Of a stretch of 64,000 nt of DNA, positions 47,238 to 55,203 are shown piece by piece. The stretch's first letter is position 1. Each line of letters begins with the position of its first letter. The DNA comes from Escherichia phage a20: the sequence record OQ067374.1; one strand, given 5' to 3'. The notes beneath the pieces were generated by a model that ran no database searches, was not told where the DNA came from, and saw only the letters and a list, made by a program, of their open reading frames with translations. The translations under genes and the position numbers were made by a program.

Positions 47238-47390
47238 TATTTCAACGTCACCTTTAGCTGCTTTATAACCTTCAGCCCAAGATACAACAGAGTTTTTATC
47301 TGAGGATTCAAATTCAGGCATTGGACTTTCACCAATATTCACACAGTATGTTTCTTCATTTTCATCGAACCAAATAATTAAAGTAGTCAT
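47226..47390 (-). CDS. hypothetical small protein (not on ORF track)
   Basis: 54 codons from ATG at 47390 with GGAGTAAACAAA upstream; hand translation MTTLIIWFDENEE... Confidence 0.3.
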   Translation of the reverse strand: MTTLIIWFDENEETYCVNIGESPMPEFESSDKNSVVSWAEGYKAAKGDVEIIYI

Positions 47391-47420
47391 TTTGTTTACT
47401 CCTCTGTAGTTGATAAGTCT

Positions 47421-47450
47421 ATAGTATCACCATCCTTGGTGCTTGTACAT
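47421..47450 (-). promoter_or_regulatory. early-promoter-like cassette with spacer hairpin (PeSL-like)
   Basis: TACTAT (plus 47421-47426) and ATGTAC flank hairpin CACCA-TCCT-TGGTG, a variant of the 28483 and 29503 hairpins. Confidence 0.4.
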
Positions 47451-47458
47451 CATTATTT

Positions 47459-47764
47459 TTAATTTTTCCAACTTAACAACTTGTAGTGTCCTTCATTCAT
47501 ACGTGGTTTATCCCAAGAAATACTAATATATGATTCACTGTCAATAGAAATCGCCGGGTTTTTCTCTACCGTAAGACCTTCACTTTCCAGCCATTCAATA
47601 GTATTTGCGCATAAATCGGAAGAACACCTCATCGGGAACCGGCAAGATTTTTCACCTTTAGCTGCAGTGTTATACATCTTTTCTAAAATACGCTTTTGCA
47701 CGTTTTTAAAAATAGTTTCAGCAGATTCTTCAGATTTTTTATTCAGTTCAGTGTAAAGACTCAT
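47459..47764 (-). CDS. hypothetical protein
   Basis: 101 aa; GAGGAGAATATT precedes the ATG. Confidence 0.5.
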   Translation of the reverse strand: MSLYTELNKKSEESAETIFKNVQKRILEKMYNTAAKGEKSCRFPMRCSSDLCANTIEWLESEGLTVEKNPAISIDSESYISISWDKPRMNEGHYKLLSWKN

Positions 47765-47792
47765 AATATTCTCCTCTGTGGTTGATAAGTCT

Positions 47793-47821
47793 ATAGTATC
47801 ATGTCCTTAGAAGAAGTAAAC
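47793..47821 (-). promoter_or_regulatory. early-promoter-like element
   Basis: Minus strand GTTTAC (plus 47816-47821), 17 bp, TACTAT (plus 47793-47798). Confidence 0.45.
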
Positions 47822-47852
47822 ATCTTTATGAAATATTTTTATGCCCTAGATG

Positions 47853-47881
47853 CCAAAAAGCCCCAACCATAAGGAAGGGGC
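47853..47881 (-). terminator. rho-independent terminator (same hairpin family as 36621-36644)
   Basis: GCCCCAACCATAAGGAAGGGGC preceded on plus by GCCAAAAA, giving a U-run after the hairpin on the minus strand; immediately downstream of the 47888..48352 gene. Confidence 0.55.
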
Positions 47882-47887
47882 ATTCTA

Positions 47888-48352
47888 TTATTTAATTTGT
47901 TTAGCAGACCAGATACGGTCTTTAATAAGTTTTTGGATATCTTCAACATACTCAAGGCTATGAGCGTGAGGATTATCTTTGAAGCTATGTGCTCGTGCCA
48001 GTTTCTGTCCTTCTGTTTTGATTACTAAAAGCTCTTTAAGAATTGCTTCATACTTAGAAATAATTCCTTTGGCGATATTTTTTTCTTGAGCTGCTTTAGG
48101 GTCCGCTTTTGGCGCAGGTGCTTTACCTGTAGCTTTCTGGAACAATTCACCTGATGCAGCTAGGCTTTTAAAAACTCGGCTAACAGTATTAGCATTAGTA
48201 AAACCTTCGGCTTTAAAATCTCTAATAAAACGGAAACGTTCTTCATCAGAGGCGTCTTTGTAAGAATATTTACCTGCTTGAATTGCTGCAATCGCAGCGG
48301 CTTTTACATCTGAACTAGATTGTTCAGTCAAAAATTCAGCGTATGATTTCAT
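47888..48352 (-). CDS. internal-protein-like head protein with capsid-targeting N-terminus
   Basis: 154 aa; N-terminus MKSYAEFLTE. Confidence 0.55.
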   Translation of the reverse strand: MKSYAEFLTEQSSSDVKAAAIAAIQAGKYSYKDASDEERFRFIRDFKAEGFTNANTVSRVFKSLAASGELFQKATGKAPAPKADPKAAQEKNIAKGIISKYEAILKELLVIKTEGQKLARAHSFKDNPHAHSLEYVEDIQKLIKDRIWSAKQIK

Positions 48353-48394
48353 GTTGCTTTTCCTAAGTTAATTAACTTATCTATTTATTATTAT

Positions 48395-48425
48395 GCCAAA
48401 AAGCCCCAACCTTTCGGAAGGGGCT
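48395..48425 (-). terminator. rho-independent terminator (third copy of the hairpin family)
   Basis: AGCCCC-AACCTTTCGGAA-GGGGCT (plus 48402-48425) with GCCAAAAA on its plus-strand 5' side; separates the RNA-gene region from the internal-protein gene. Confidence 0.55.
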
Positions 48426-48477
48426 AAGCCTTGCGGCAACCTTGTCGGGGTTTCCACCTGCTAAGGCAAGTGTTTGT

Positions 48478-48569
48478 ACGAAACGCCGGGATTCGAACCC
48501 GGTTATTAAGCAGTTGACGCTACTCAATATTTTTAAAAGGCCATATCTCGACCATATCCGAACGTTCCG
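48478..48569 (-). ncRNA. tRNA-like element / possible stable RNA or tRNA remnant
   Basis: Minus strand has a canonical T-arm CCGGG-TTCGAAT-CCCGG and a 3' acceptor strand CGTTTCG that can pair with CGGAACG about 85 nt upstream, but the D and anticodon arms do not fold canonically. Confidence 0.3.
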
Positions 48570-48737
48570 TCAAAAACGCTACTCGGCTTACGGCAAAGAT
48601 ATTTCCTCGAATCGATAATTCTGTGCGCCGTTTCTGCTGTGATGTAAGGGGATATTAACAAATCGTAAAGATTTATTAAGACCAGTCCTTACTCAGGGAA
48701 CATCAGTCCGACGACTTACCGGTAGCGACCCGGCTTC

Positions 48738-49082
48738 TTATTTTGGCATATCATCAATTTGCTCTCGACGCCGACGCCATAGATTAATCGCTTCATTAAC
48801 ACATTCGGCGTTTGGTATATGACGGCAATAATATAATGATTCGCGTTTCTGGAATCGATGTTGCAATGGGATTTCGTTTAAAAGGTCTTTACGGTCAAAG
48901 TATTCAAAACTAGTTAACCCGTAACGATTTTTAATGAACTTCCAATGTCCAAATTCATTTTGAACATAAATGTAATCGGCATGCTGATACAGCGAATTAA
49001 TCAATCGATGAGAAATAACTGTATCATATTCGTTAAAATAAAACGTTAAATCATGAACTACCAGATAAATATTGCCTTTCAT
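48738..49082 (-). CDS. hypothetical protein
   Basis: Track ORF 48738..49130 would overlap the tRNA; start set at the internal ATG at 49082 (MKGNIYLVVHD) with GAGGAAAAT upstream. Confidence 0.5.
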   Translation of the reverse strand: MKGNIYLVVHDLTFYFNEYDTVISHRLINSLYQHADYIYVQNEFGHWKFIKNRYGLTSFEYFDRKDLLNEIPLQHRFQKRESLYYCRHIPNAECVNEAINLWRRRREQIDDMPK

Positions 49083-49100
49083 ATTTTCCTCACTTAAAGT

Positions 49101-49177
49101 TGGTCGAGACAGAAGGATTCTAACCTTCAACCTACGGATTAGAAGTCCGTTGCTCCATACAATTGAGCTATGCCTCG
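49101..49177 (-). tRNA. tRNA-Arg (anticodon TCT)
   Basis: Hand fold of 77 nt: acceptor CGAGGCA/TGTCTCG, D-stem GCTC/GAGC, anticodon stem ACGGA/TCCGT with loop CTTCTAA, T-stem GAAGG/CCTTC, discriminator A, encoded CCA; T-loop is TTAGAAT (non-canonical). Confidence 0.65.
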
Positions 49178-49183
49178 AATATA

Positions 49184-49257
49184 TGACCCAGACCAGATTC
49201 GAACTGGTAACCTTTCCCTTATGAGGGGACTGCTGCTAACCATTGAGCTACAGGGCC
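49184..49257 (-). tRNA. tRNA with CAT anticodon (Met, or Ile if lysidine-modified)
   Basis: Hand fold of 74 nt: acceptor GGCCCTG/CTGGGTC (one mismatch), anticodon loop CTCATAA, T-arm ACCAG-TTCGAAT-CTGGT, no encoded CCA; D-arm imperfect. Confidence 0.5.
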
Positions 49258-49336
49258 TAAATAACTTTCTATTATGAAAGGCACTTTAGAGCACCTTTGG
49301 TAATAGAGGGTACGAATTAATAATAACACATAATTC

Positions 49337-49852
49337 TTAAAGCAAATCAATCATTTTAACAGTCGGCAAAACAATTTCTTCTTCAATATAAGCGAATTCA
49401 ACACGTTCAACTACACGCAAGAAATCATAGTCGTAGTATTCAGAAGCATAGCCAAGAATATCAATAAGTCCTTGAGATATCTCATCGCCTTTCACAAAGA
49501 ACAGGTCGAATACACGCGATTCGTCTTCTTCAGATTTATTACCAAGGTCGACTTCAATATCAAAGACCTTTTTAATGAATTCTGGATAAAGCTGGTCTGA
49601 GAACAGCCCTTCAACCAAGTATTCATAGATTAAAAGCGAGCAATCACTGAATGGTGTATTACCACAGTAACGTTCAGCTTTAGTGCTGGAATGACGACTC
49701 TTAAATTTCTTCAAGAGATATTTAAACTGTTGGAGCTCATGCTCTTCCACACCAAATAATGTTTTGGTTTTATAGTTGTCGCCGTCATTTTCCCAAGTAG
49801 TGACATCAATTACGTAACCCTTAGGAATTGTACTGCCTAAACAAATATTCAT
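49337..49852 (-). CDS. hypothetical acidic protein
   Basis: 171 aa ORF. Confidence 0.55.
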   Translation of the reverse strand: MNICLGSTIPKGYVIDVTTWENDGDNYKTKTLFGVEEHELQQFKYLLKKFKSRHSSTKAERYCGNTPFSDCSLLIYEYLVEGLFSDQLYPEFIKKVFDIEVDLGNKSEEDESRVFDLFFVKGDEISQGLIDILGYASEYYDYDFLRVVERVEFAYIEEEIVLPTVKMIDLL

Positions 49853-49856
49853 TTAC

Positions 49857-50147
49857 TCACCGTACCATATTAATGTAATTATATTCAATGCAACGTAATT
49901 TCAAAGGATTCTTGAAAATATCATATTCAAGAGGGCCTTTTTCTGTTTCAATAAAGAAATCAAAGTTAACTGTGTTAAATTTATCATCTTCACAGAGTAA
50001 TTTAACCTGTGAAGATGAACGGTCGATATAAACCTTTTCAACCTCAAAGTTAGTCAGAATACCGTAGTCATCGACTAGTGCTTTAGCTGCACGTTGATCG
50101 CTTTCATATCCATTCTCAATGGACGATACTTTAGCATAAAGAATCAT
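49857..50147 (-). CDS. hypothetical protein
   Basis: 96 aa ORF. Confidence 0.5.
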   Translation of the reverse strand: MILYAKVSSIENGYESDQRAAKALVDDYGILTNFEVEKVYIDRSSSQVKLLCEDDKFNTVNFDFFIETEKGPLEYDIFKNPLKLRCIEYNYINMVR

Positions 50148-50524
50148 GAATGTTCCACCACTTCAAAAGTATGTGCACTGACAATCTGGTACCAGTCAAA
50201 ATTTTCTTCAGCATTTTTGTAGATTTCACGAAGAGCTTCAACAGTTTTTCCTGTAGCAACAAGATCGTCAATACCGCCAAGAGGATAACAGTCGTAACCA
50301 GCAAACAGAAGGAAATTAATAGTTTCTGTAGGTTCTGGATGCAGAATACCGTTATCATCTACCACTTCAAAGAAAGTGTAAGAAGGAGTACAAGTTTTAA
50401 TCCAAGCCCATGCTTGAGCCGCTGAATCAAATGGTCTGCGTATCAAACGACAATCATGGTCTTTAGAAGGATTTGCTTCAAAATCCGCATATACATGATA
50501 TTTCATTTTACCCACCTTTTGCAA
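50144..50524 (-). CDS. hypothetical protein
   Basis: 126 aa ORF. Confidence 0.5.
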   Translation of the reverse strand: MQKVGKMKYHVYADFEANPSKDHDCRLIRRPFDSAAQAWAWIKTCTPSYTFFEVVDDNGILHPEPTETINFLLFAGYDCYPLGGIDDLVATGKTVEALREIYKNAEENFDWYQIVSAHTFEVVEHS

Positions 50525-50714
50525 TTTTATCCATAACGATAGCGATTAAGCCGATTAGAAATGCTACTACCAATGAGATAGAATTTTCTGTTGTTGTCAG
50601 TAGTCCACAAATGAATCCTACAAACATCGAAAAACTAAAAGCCATTGAAGCAATTACTACAGCAACATTACGAATCAGTTCAGCGCGTTTCATTTTATTT
50701 CTCCATTTACTCAT
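50508..50714 (-). CDS. small membrane protein
   Basis: 68 aa; two hydrophobic helices. Confidence 0.5.
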   Translation of the reverse strand: MSKWRNKMKRAELIRNVAVVIASMAFSFSMFVGFICGLLTTTENSISLVVAFLIGLIAIVMDKIAKGG

Positions 50715-50723
50715 TTGTTTTGA

Positions 50724-50760
50724 TAGGACTACTATAACATAGTCCTATCAGCATGTAAAC
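50724..50760 (-). promoter_or_regulatory. early-promoter-like cassette with hairpin
   Basis: Minus strand GTTTAC (plus 50755-50760), 18 bp, TATAGT (plus 50731-50736); inverted repeat TAGGACTA/TAGTCCTA identical to the 36000 element. Confidence 0.45.
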
Positions 50761-50763
50761 TAC

Positions 50764-51051
50764 TTACAGAAGAGTTTTTGCAATAATTTTAAGCTGAGCT
50801 ACAGAAATATGCTTAGCTTTAAACAGTGCAGTCTCTTCAGCCGGAGAGATAACAATAGTAGCGCCATCTTTCTTAGCAGACCATCCATCCCCTAAGTAAA
50901 CAGTACCTTTTACTTCTTCGCCGTCAACCAGGCCGATCATTGGTTTACCCTCACGTCCTTTATTTGCTTTAATAACTTCGGAAGTAAGGGTTGCTTCGGT
51001 TAGAGTAGAAACGTTAGCATCAGGTGATATAAATTCTTTATAGGTTTTCAT
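50764..51051 (-). CDS. internal-protein-like head protein with capsid-targeting N-terminus
   Basis: 95 aa; N-terminus MKTYKEFISPD; AAGGAAATAAA precedes the ATG. Confidence 0.55.
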   Translation of the reverse strand: MKTYKEFISPDANVSTLTEATLTSEVIKANKGREGKPMIGLVDGEEVKGTVYLGDGWSAKKDGATIVISPAEETALFKAKHISVAQLKIIAKTLL

Positions 51052-51085
51052 TTTATTTCCTTGAGGTCGTTTATTTGATAGGATG

Positions 51086-51115
51086 ATAGTAACACGCCAT
51101 CATCCTTATGTAAAC
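51086..51115 (-). promoter_or_regulatory. early-promoter-like cassette with hairpin
   Basis: Minus strand GTTTAC (plus 51110-51115), 18 bp, TACTAT (plus 51086-51091); inverted repeat AGGATGAT/ATCATCCT flanks the -10. Confidence 0.45.
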
Positions 51116-51127
51116 TGTTTTGTGAAA

Positions 51128-51813
<686 letters not shown>

Positions 51814-51817
51814 TTTA

Positions 51818-52552
51818 TTACCTTAAGATTGTTTCAATTTTAGAATAAAGCTCTTCTAAAGAGCCGTCGTTTGTAATAACTAAATCGCCTTCTTCAATAG
51901 GCAACCCAGCTTCTGTAATATGTTTATCTGTGGATTCCGTACCAGAGCGAACCACATGAATAACTGTAGCACCCATCGCTCTAGCGGTTTCCATTTCATG
52001 GACTTGGCGTGTATCGGTTACAACATAGTAATCGAAATCACTTCCAATATAATCCATATAGTTTAATGCAAAAAGTTTAACCCAATACATACGGTCAAAT
52101 AAATTAACGACAACATCCGTACCGAGGGCTTGCATAAGACGGCGGATTGACCATGTGTCGTTGATATTATTTATAGCTTCACGCAGGGCTTCATATGGTT
52201 TAATATCTAGATATGAATACCCACCTTCTAATGATGATAATACTTTAACATTATTAATTGGTAAATATTGACTTTGTAAATAAATTAGCGCTTCTTCCAT
52301 TAATTCAATAACATCCAACTTATTGAGATTTAATGGTGTTTCACGGTCGTATCCAATGCCTTCAAAGTATTCGTATTTCAACTCTGTGAATACATCAGGA
52401 TCTTCAGCATGTTTACGTCCCCAGGCTATTGCTAGAGCGTCTTTAATCGGATATGCCAATTGGTATTTTACGGATTTAAAGTTTGAATTGATGTAATCAG
52501 CAGTAGTGTCTTTACCACTACGTTTGATGCCACTTAAAAAGATTAGCTCCAT
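51818..52552 (-). CDS. 1: deoxynucleoside monophosphate kinase
   Basis: 244 aa; LSGIKRSGKDTTAD P-loop and strong match to T4 gp1. Confidence 0.93.
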   Translation of the reverse strand: MELIFLSGIKRSGKDTTADYINSNFKSVKYQLAYPIKDALAIAWGRKHAEDPDVFTELKYEYFEGIGYDRETPLNLNKLDVIELMEEALIYLQSQYLPINNVKVLSSLEGGYSYLDIKPYEALREAINNINDTWSIRRLMQALGTDVVVNLFDRMYWVKLFALNYMDYIGSDFDYYVVTDTRQVHEMETARAMGATVIHVVRSGTESTDKHITEAGLPIEEGDLVITNDGSLEELYSKIETILR

Positions 52553-52605
52553 AGGTTTTCCTCATATAATTTATGAGTGATTATAACATACGGAGCTAGA
52601 AGCGA

Positions 52606-53196
52606 TTAACGCAAAGAAGGGTGTCTAGAAATGGATTTAGATTCGACCGCTTGTCGTGGTTGTTGAGATACAATGACTTCGCCATCTTTTTCTATCGTCA
52701 TATACGCATAGTGAATAGTTGCTACGCACGTAACGGCAGGGTCAGAGTCTTCAGTGTAACTAAATTCAATTTCACTCAAATCAGAAATCCATGGTTTATA
52801 GAAATTTGCCGTCAAAACGACTTCAGTCTTATTGTTGTTTAAAATGTGCAAAGTAACAAACTCAGGACCATCGGAGTGGGCCGTATTATGTCCGGTTATA
52901 TAGTTATTAGTGCTGAGCATCCATTTATACATGTTCATCCAGGACGTCATGTCTTCATCAACTATAAATCGTACAATAAAAGGGTCATATTCAAATGTGG
53001 TGCCTGCACGCATTGCACGTCCTAACCCCATTGTGCCTGTCACAGTTTCAACAACAGGAATTCTCACACCTGGCAGTGGAGCCGTTTGGGCATTGAGCAC
53101 AAAACCTGAAGTTCGTGTACTATCCGGGATATCCACAACAAAGTTTGTTATATTTGTTTGGTTAAAAATCTGTCTCGTTGGACGAGTCATAAGCAC
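52606..53196 (-). CDS. 3: tail completion / sheath stabilizer protein
   Basis: 196 aa; assigned by synteny between gene 1 and gene 2. Confidence 0.6.
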   Translation of the reverse strand: MLMTRPTRQIFNQTNITNFVVDIPDSTRTSGFVLNAQTAPLPGVRIPVVETVTGTMGLGRAMRAGTTFEYDPFIVRFIVDEDMTSWMNMYKWMLSTNNYITGHNTAHSDGPEFVTLHILNNNKTEVVLTANFYKPWISDLSEIEFSYTEDSDPAVTCVATIHYAYMTIEKDGEVIVSQQPRQAVESKSISRHPSLR

Positions 53197-53292
53197 CTCA
53201 AAAACGCTTTAATAAAAATGCAGTATAATGGTTTTAGGTCTCTTCCATTAATCTGGTTCAACAGAATATCAGAAGAACGGAAGAGAATAGAA

Positions 53293-54114
53293 TTAAGATT
53301 TCCAAACAGTATTCGCAGAGAAACGTTTTCCTTTTGACATAAACTGCTGAGTAGGTAACATGATTATGTTGGCCCAGTCTTTAGGAGCTATTTCTGTTAT
53401 TGTTCCTCTAATGTGGCCTGGCAGGTATGCTTTAATCATTTTGTCCGCACCTTGAAATCCTTTCACCTTGCTCCAGTCTATCTTCAACTTTGTGTTATTA
53501 GTAATAGTAGTTGTGCTAGCATATTGCTTCAGCAATTCTTCAAGAAACTGTTGTCGTGCTTTAGGTGGGATATAGTGCAAGTTTAACCCATACATCAAAT
53601 TATGTTTACCTAATCCTAAATAAATAATCAAAGGATATCTGTCCCAATACGGCAGAGTATCTTTATGTTTAGCATCATACACGTAAGTATAAATTTTGCC
53701 TGGCGTAGGCTTGACTACTTTATGACCTTTTACACTTTTCTTAATTGTTTCAACAAACCACTTAGATGATTTGTTGTTTACTGCTGCGCCTTCATTTCTA
53801 ATCTTTTCTCGTATTGAACTGCGAAACGAGTTTATCATCAGAAGTTGACGTTCTTGCTTATTGAGTTTATTTTTAGGTTTAGATTCAAGCGTTTCAATTT
53901 TCTGTGCAGTCTTAATAGATGATGCATATCTAGACATTGCAGATGTAAACGACGAGTATTTTATTCCTTTTGATTCTGCAAATGCTTTTGCAGTGATTCC
54001 TTTCTCTTTAGCTTTCTTGTATTCTAATCCTATCTCAATCCATTTTCTTTCATTCATAGACTGAGCAATCTTAGGGGCTTGTACGCCTTCAGATATAATT
54101 TGGAATATGCTCAT
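53293..54114 (-). CDS. 2: DNA end protector protein
   Basis: 273 aa; synteny and size match T4 gp2. Confidence 0.75.
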   Translation of the reverse strand: MSIFQIISEGVQAPKIAQSMNERKWIEIGLEYKKAKEKGITAKAFAESKGIKYSSFTSAMSRYASSIKTAQKIETLESKPKNKLNKQERQLLMINSFRSSIREKIRNEGAAVNNKSSKWFVETIKKSVKGHKVVKPTPGKIYTYVYDAKHKDTLPYWDRYPLIIYLGLGKHNLMYGLNLHYIPPKARQQFLEELLKQYASTTTITNNTKLKIDWSKVKGFQGADKMIKAYLPGHIRGTITEIAPKDWANIIMLPTQQFMSKGKRFSANTVWKS

Positions 54115-54116
54115 AA

Positions 54117-54566
54117 TTACCCCTTGTATCCGAGTTTTCTAAGTCCGTCTTCGGTTAGAACTCGAAATTTTATATTTCTCTTTTCAGCAACAGCTGAGGC
54201 AGCTTTCCATTTATCACAGTTCACAGACCACACGTAGATCTCGTTCATATAACGTTTCTTTGCTGCAGTCGTAAGATTTGCAGGCTTAATAGGTGGTTGA
54301 GTTTCTTTCTTTGGTTTTATTTCTACAAAGAACTCTTGACCTGATGCATCTTTCATCCATATGTCCATATAGTATCGACGTTTCTTACCTTCAGCATTAC
54401 AAAAATATGGAATTACTGCTGTTTCACTACCCCATGCAATAATTTCTGGATTTTTATCCAACCATTCGAAAAAGAATTTTTCCCAGTTTGAACGATACGT
54501 TATTTTGGTATGGTCTCCACGGTATTTTTTTAAATTTTTTGGGACCCATTTACCAGAGTAGGCCAT
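54117..54566 (-). CDS. 4: head completion protein
   Basis: Track ORF 54117..54710; start set at [11 protein letters not shown] (T4 gp4 N-terminus); AAGGAGG precedes the ATG. Confidence 0.9.
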   Translation of the reverse strand: MAYSGKWVPKNLKKYRGDHTKITYRSNWEKFFFEWLDKNPEIIAWGSETAVIPYFCNAEGKKRRYYMDIWMKDASGQEFFVEIKPKKETQPPIKPANLTTAAKKRYMNEIYVWSVNCDKWKAASAVAEKRNIKFRVLTEDGLRKLGYKG

Positions 54567-54577
54567 GTTGTCCTCCT

Positions 54578-54600
54578 TATAAATAGTATTATTATTTATA
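54578..54600. promoter_or_regulatory. divergent pair of T4-type late promoters (TATAAATA)
   Basis: Plus strand TATAAATA at 54578-54585 (toward gene 53) and minus strand TATAAATA at plus 54593-54600 (toward gene 4), both in the 61-bp divergent intergenic region. Confidence 0.6.
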
Positions 54601-54627
54601 CCAATTTCATATTGGAAGGAGACTATC

Positions 54628-55203
54628 TTGTTATTTACATTCTTCGACCCAATAGGATATAGTGCTAAAACAGTTAATAAGAATGCACCTACTATTCCTA
54701 TGACAGACATATTTCGTAACTATAAAGAGTACTTTAAGCGTGTTGCTGCCAATTATAGATTACGTTCTTATTATATTAAAGGCTCTCCGCGTCCTGAAGA
54801 ACTAGCAAACATAATTTATGGCAACCCTCAATTATACTGGGTCCTTTTGATGTGTAATGATAACTATGATCCGTATTATGGTTGGATTACATCTCAGGAA
54901 GCAGCGTATCAAGCTTCTATTCAGAAATATGCTAATGCAGGCGGAGACCAAATTCTTTATCATATTAACGAGAACCGTGAGAAATTTTACAATTTGGTTT
55001 CATATCCAGACGAGCCTTTAGTGTGGTACGATAAAGGTGATGAAGCTCGTAAGTATCCGCAATATAAAGGACCTTTAGCTGCAGTAGATACTTATGAAGC
55101 GGCAGTATTAGATAATGAAAAACTTCGTAAAATAAAAATTGTTGCAAAAGAAGATATAAACTCGTTTATTACTGATTTGATTCGTGAGATGGAGATTGCA
55201 TAA
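54628..55203 (+). CDS. 53: baseplate wedge protein
   Basis: 191 aa; TTG start with GGAAGGAG SD; strong match to T4 gp53. Confidence 0.9.
   Translation: MLFTFFDPIGYSAKTVNKNAPTIPMTDIFRNYKEYFKRVAANYRLRSYYIKGSPRPEELANIIYGNPQLYWVLLMCNDNYDPYYGWITSQEAAYQASIQKYANAGGDQILYHINENREKFYNLVSYPDEPLVWYDKGDEARKYPQYKGPLAAVDTYEAAVLDNEKLRKIKIVAKEDINSFITDLIREMEIA

Noticed and set aside
48478-48569. Third canonical tRNA
   Set aside because: T-arm and acceptor 3' strand are canonical but D and anticodon arms do not form; kept only as a tRNA-like element.
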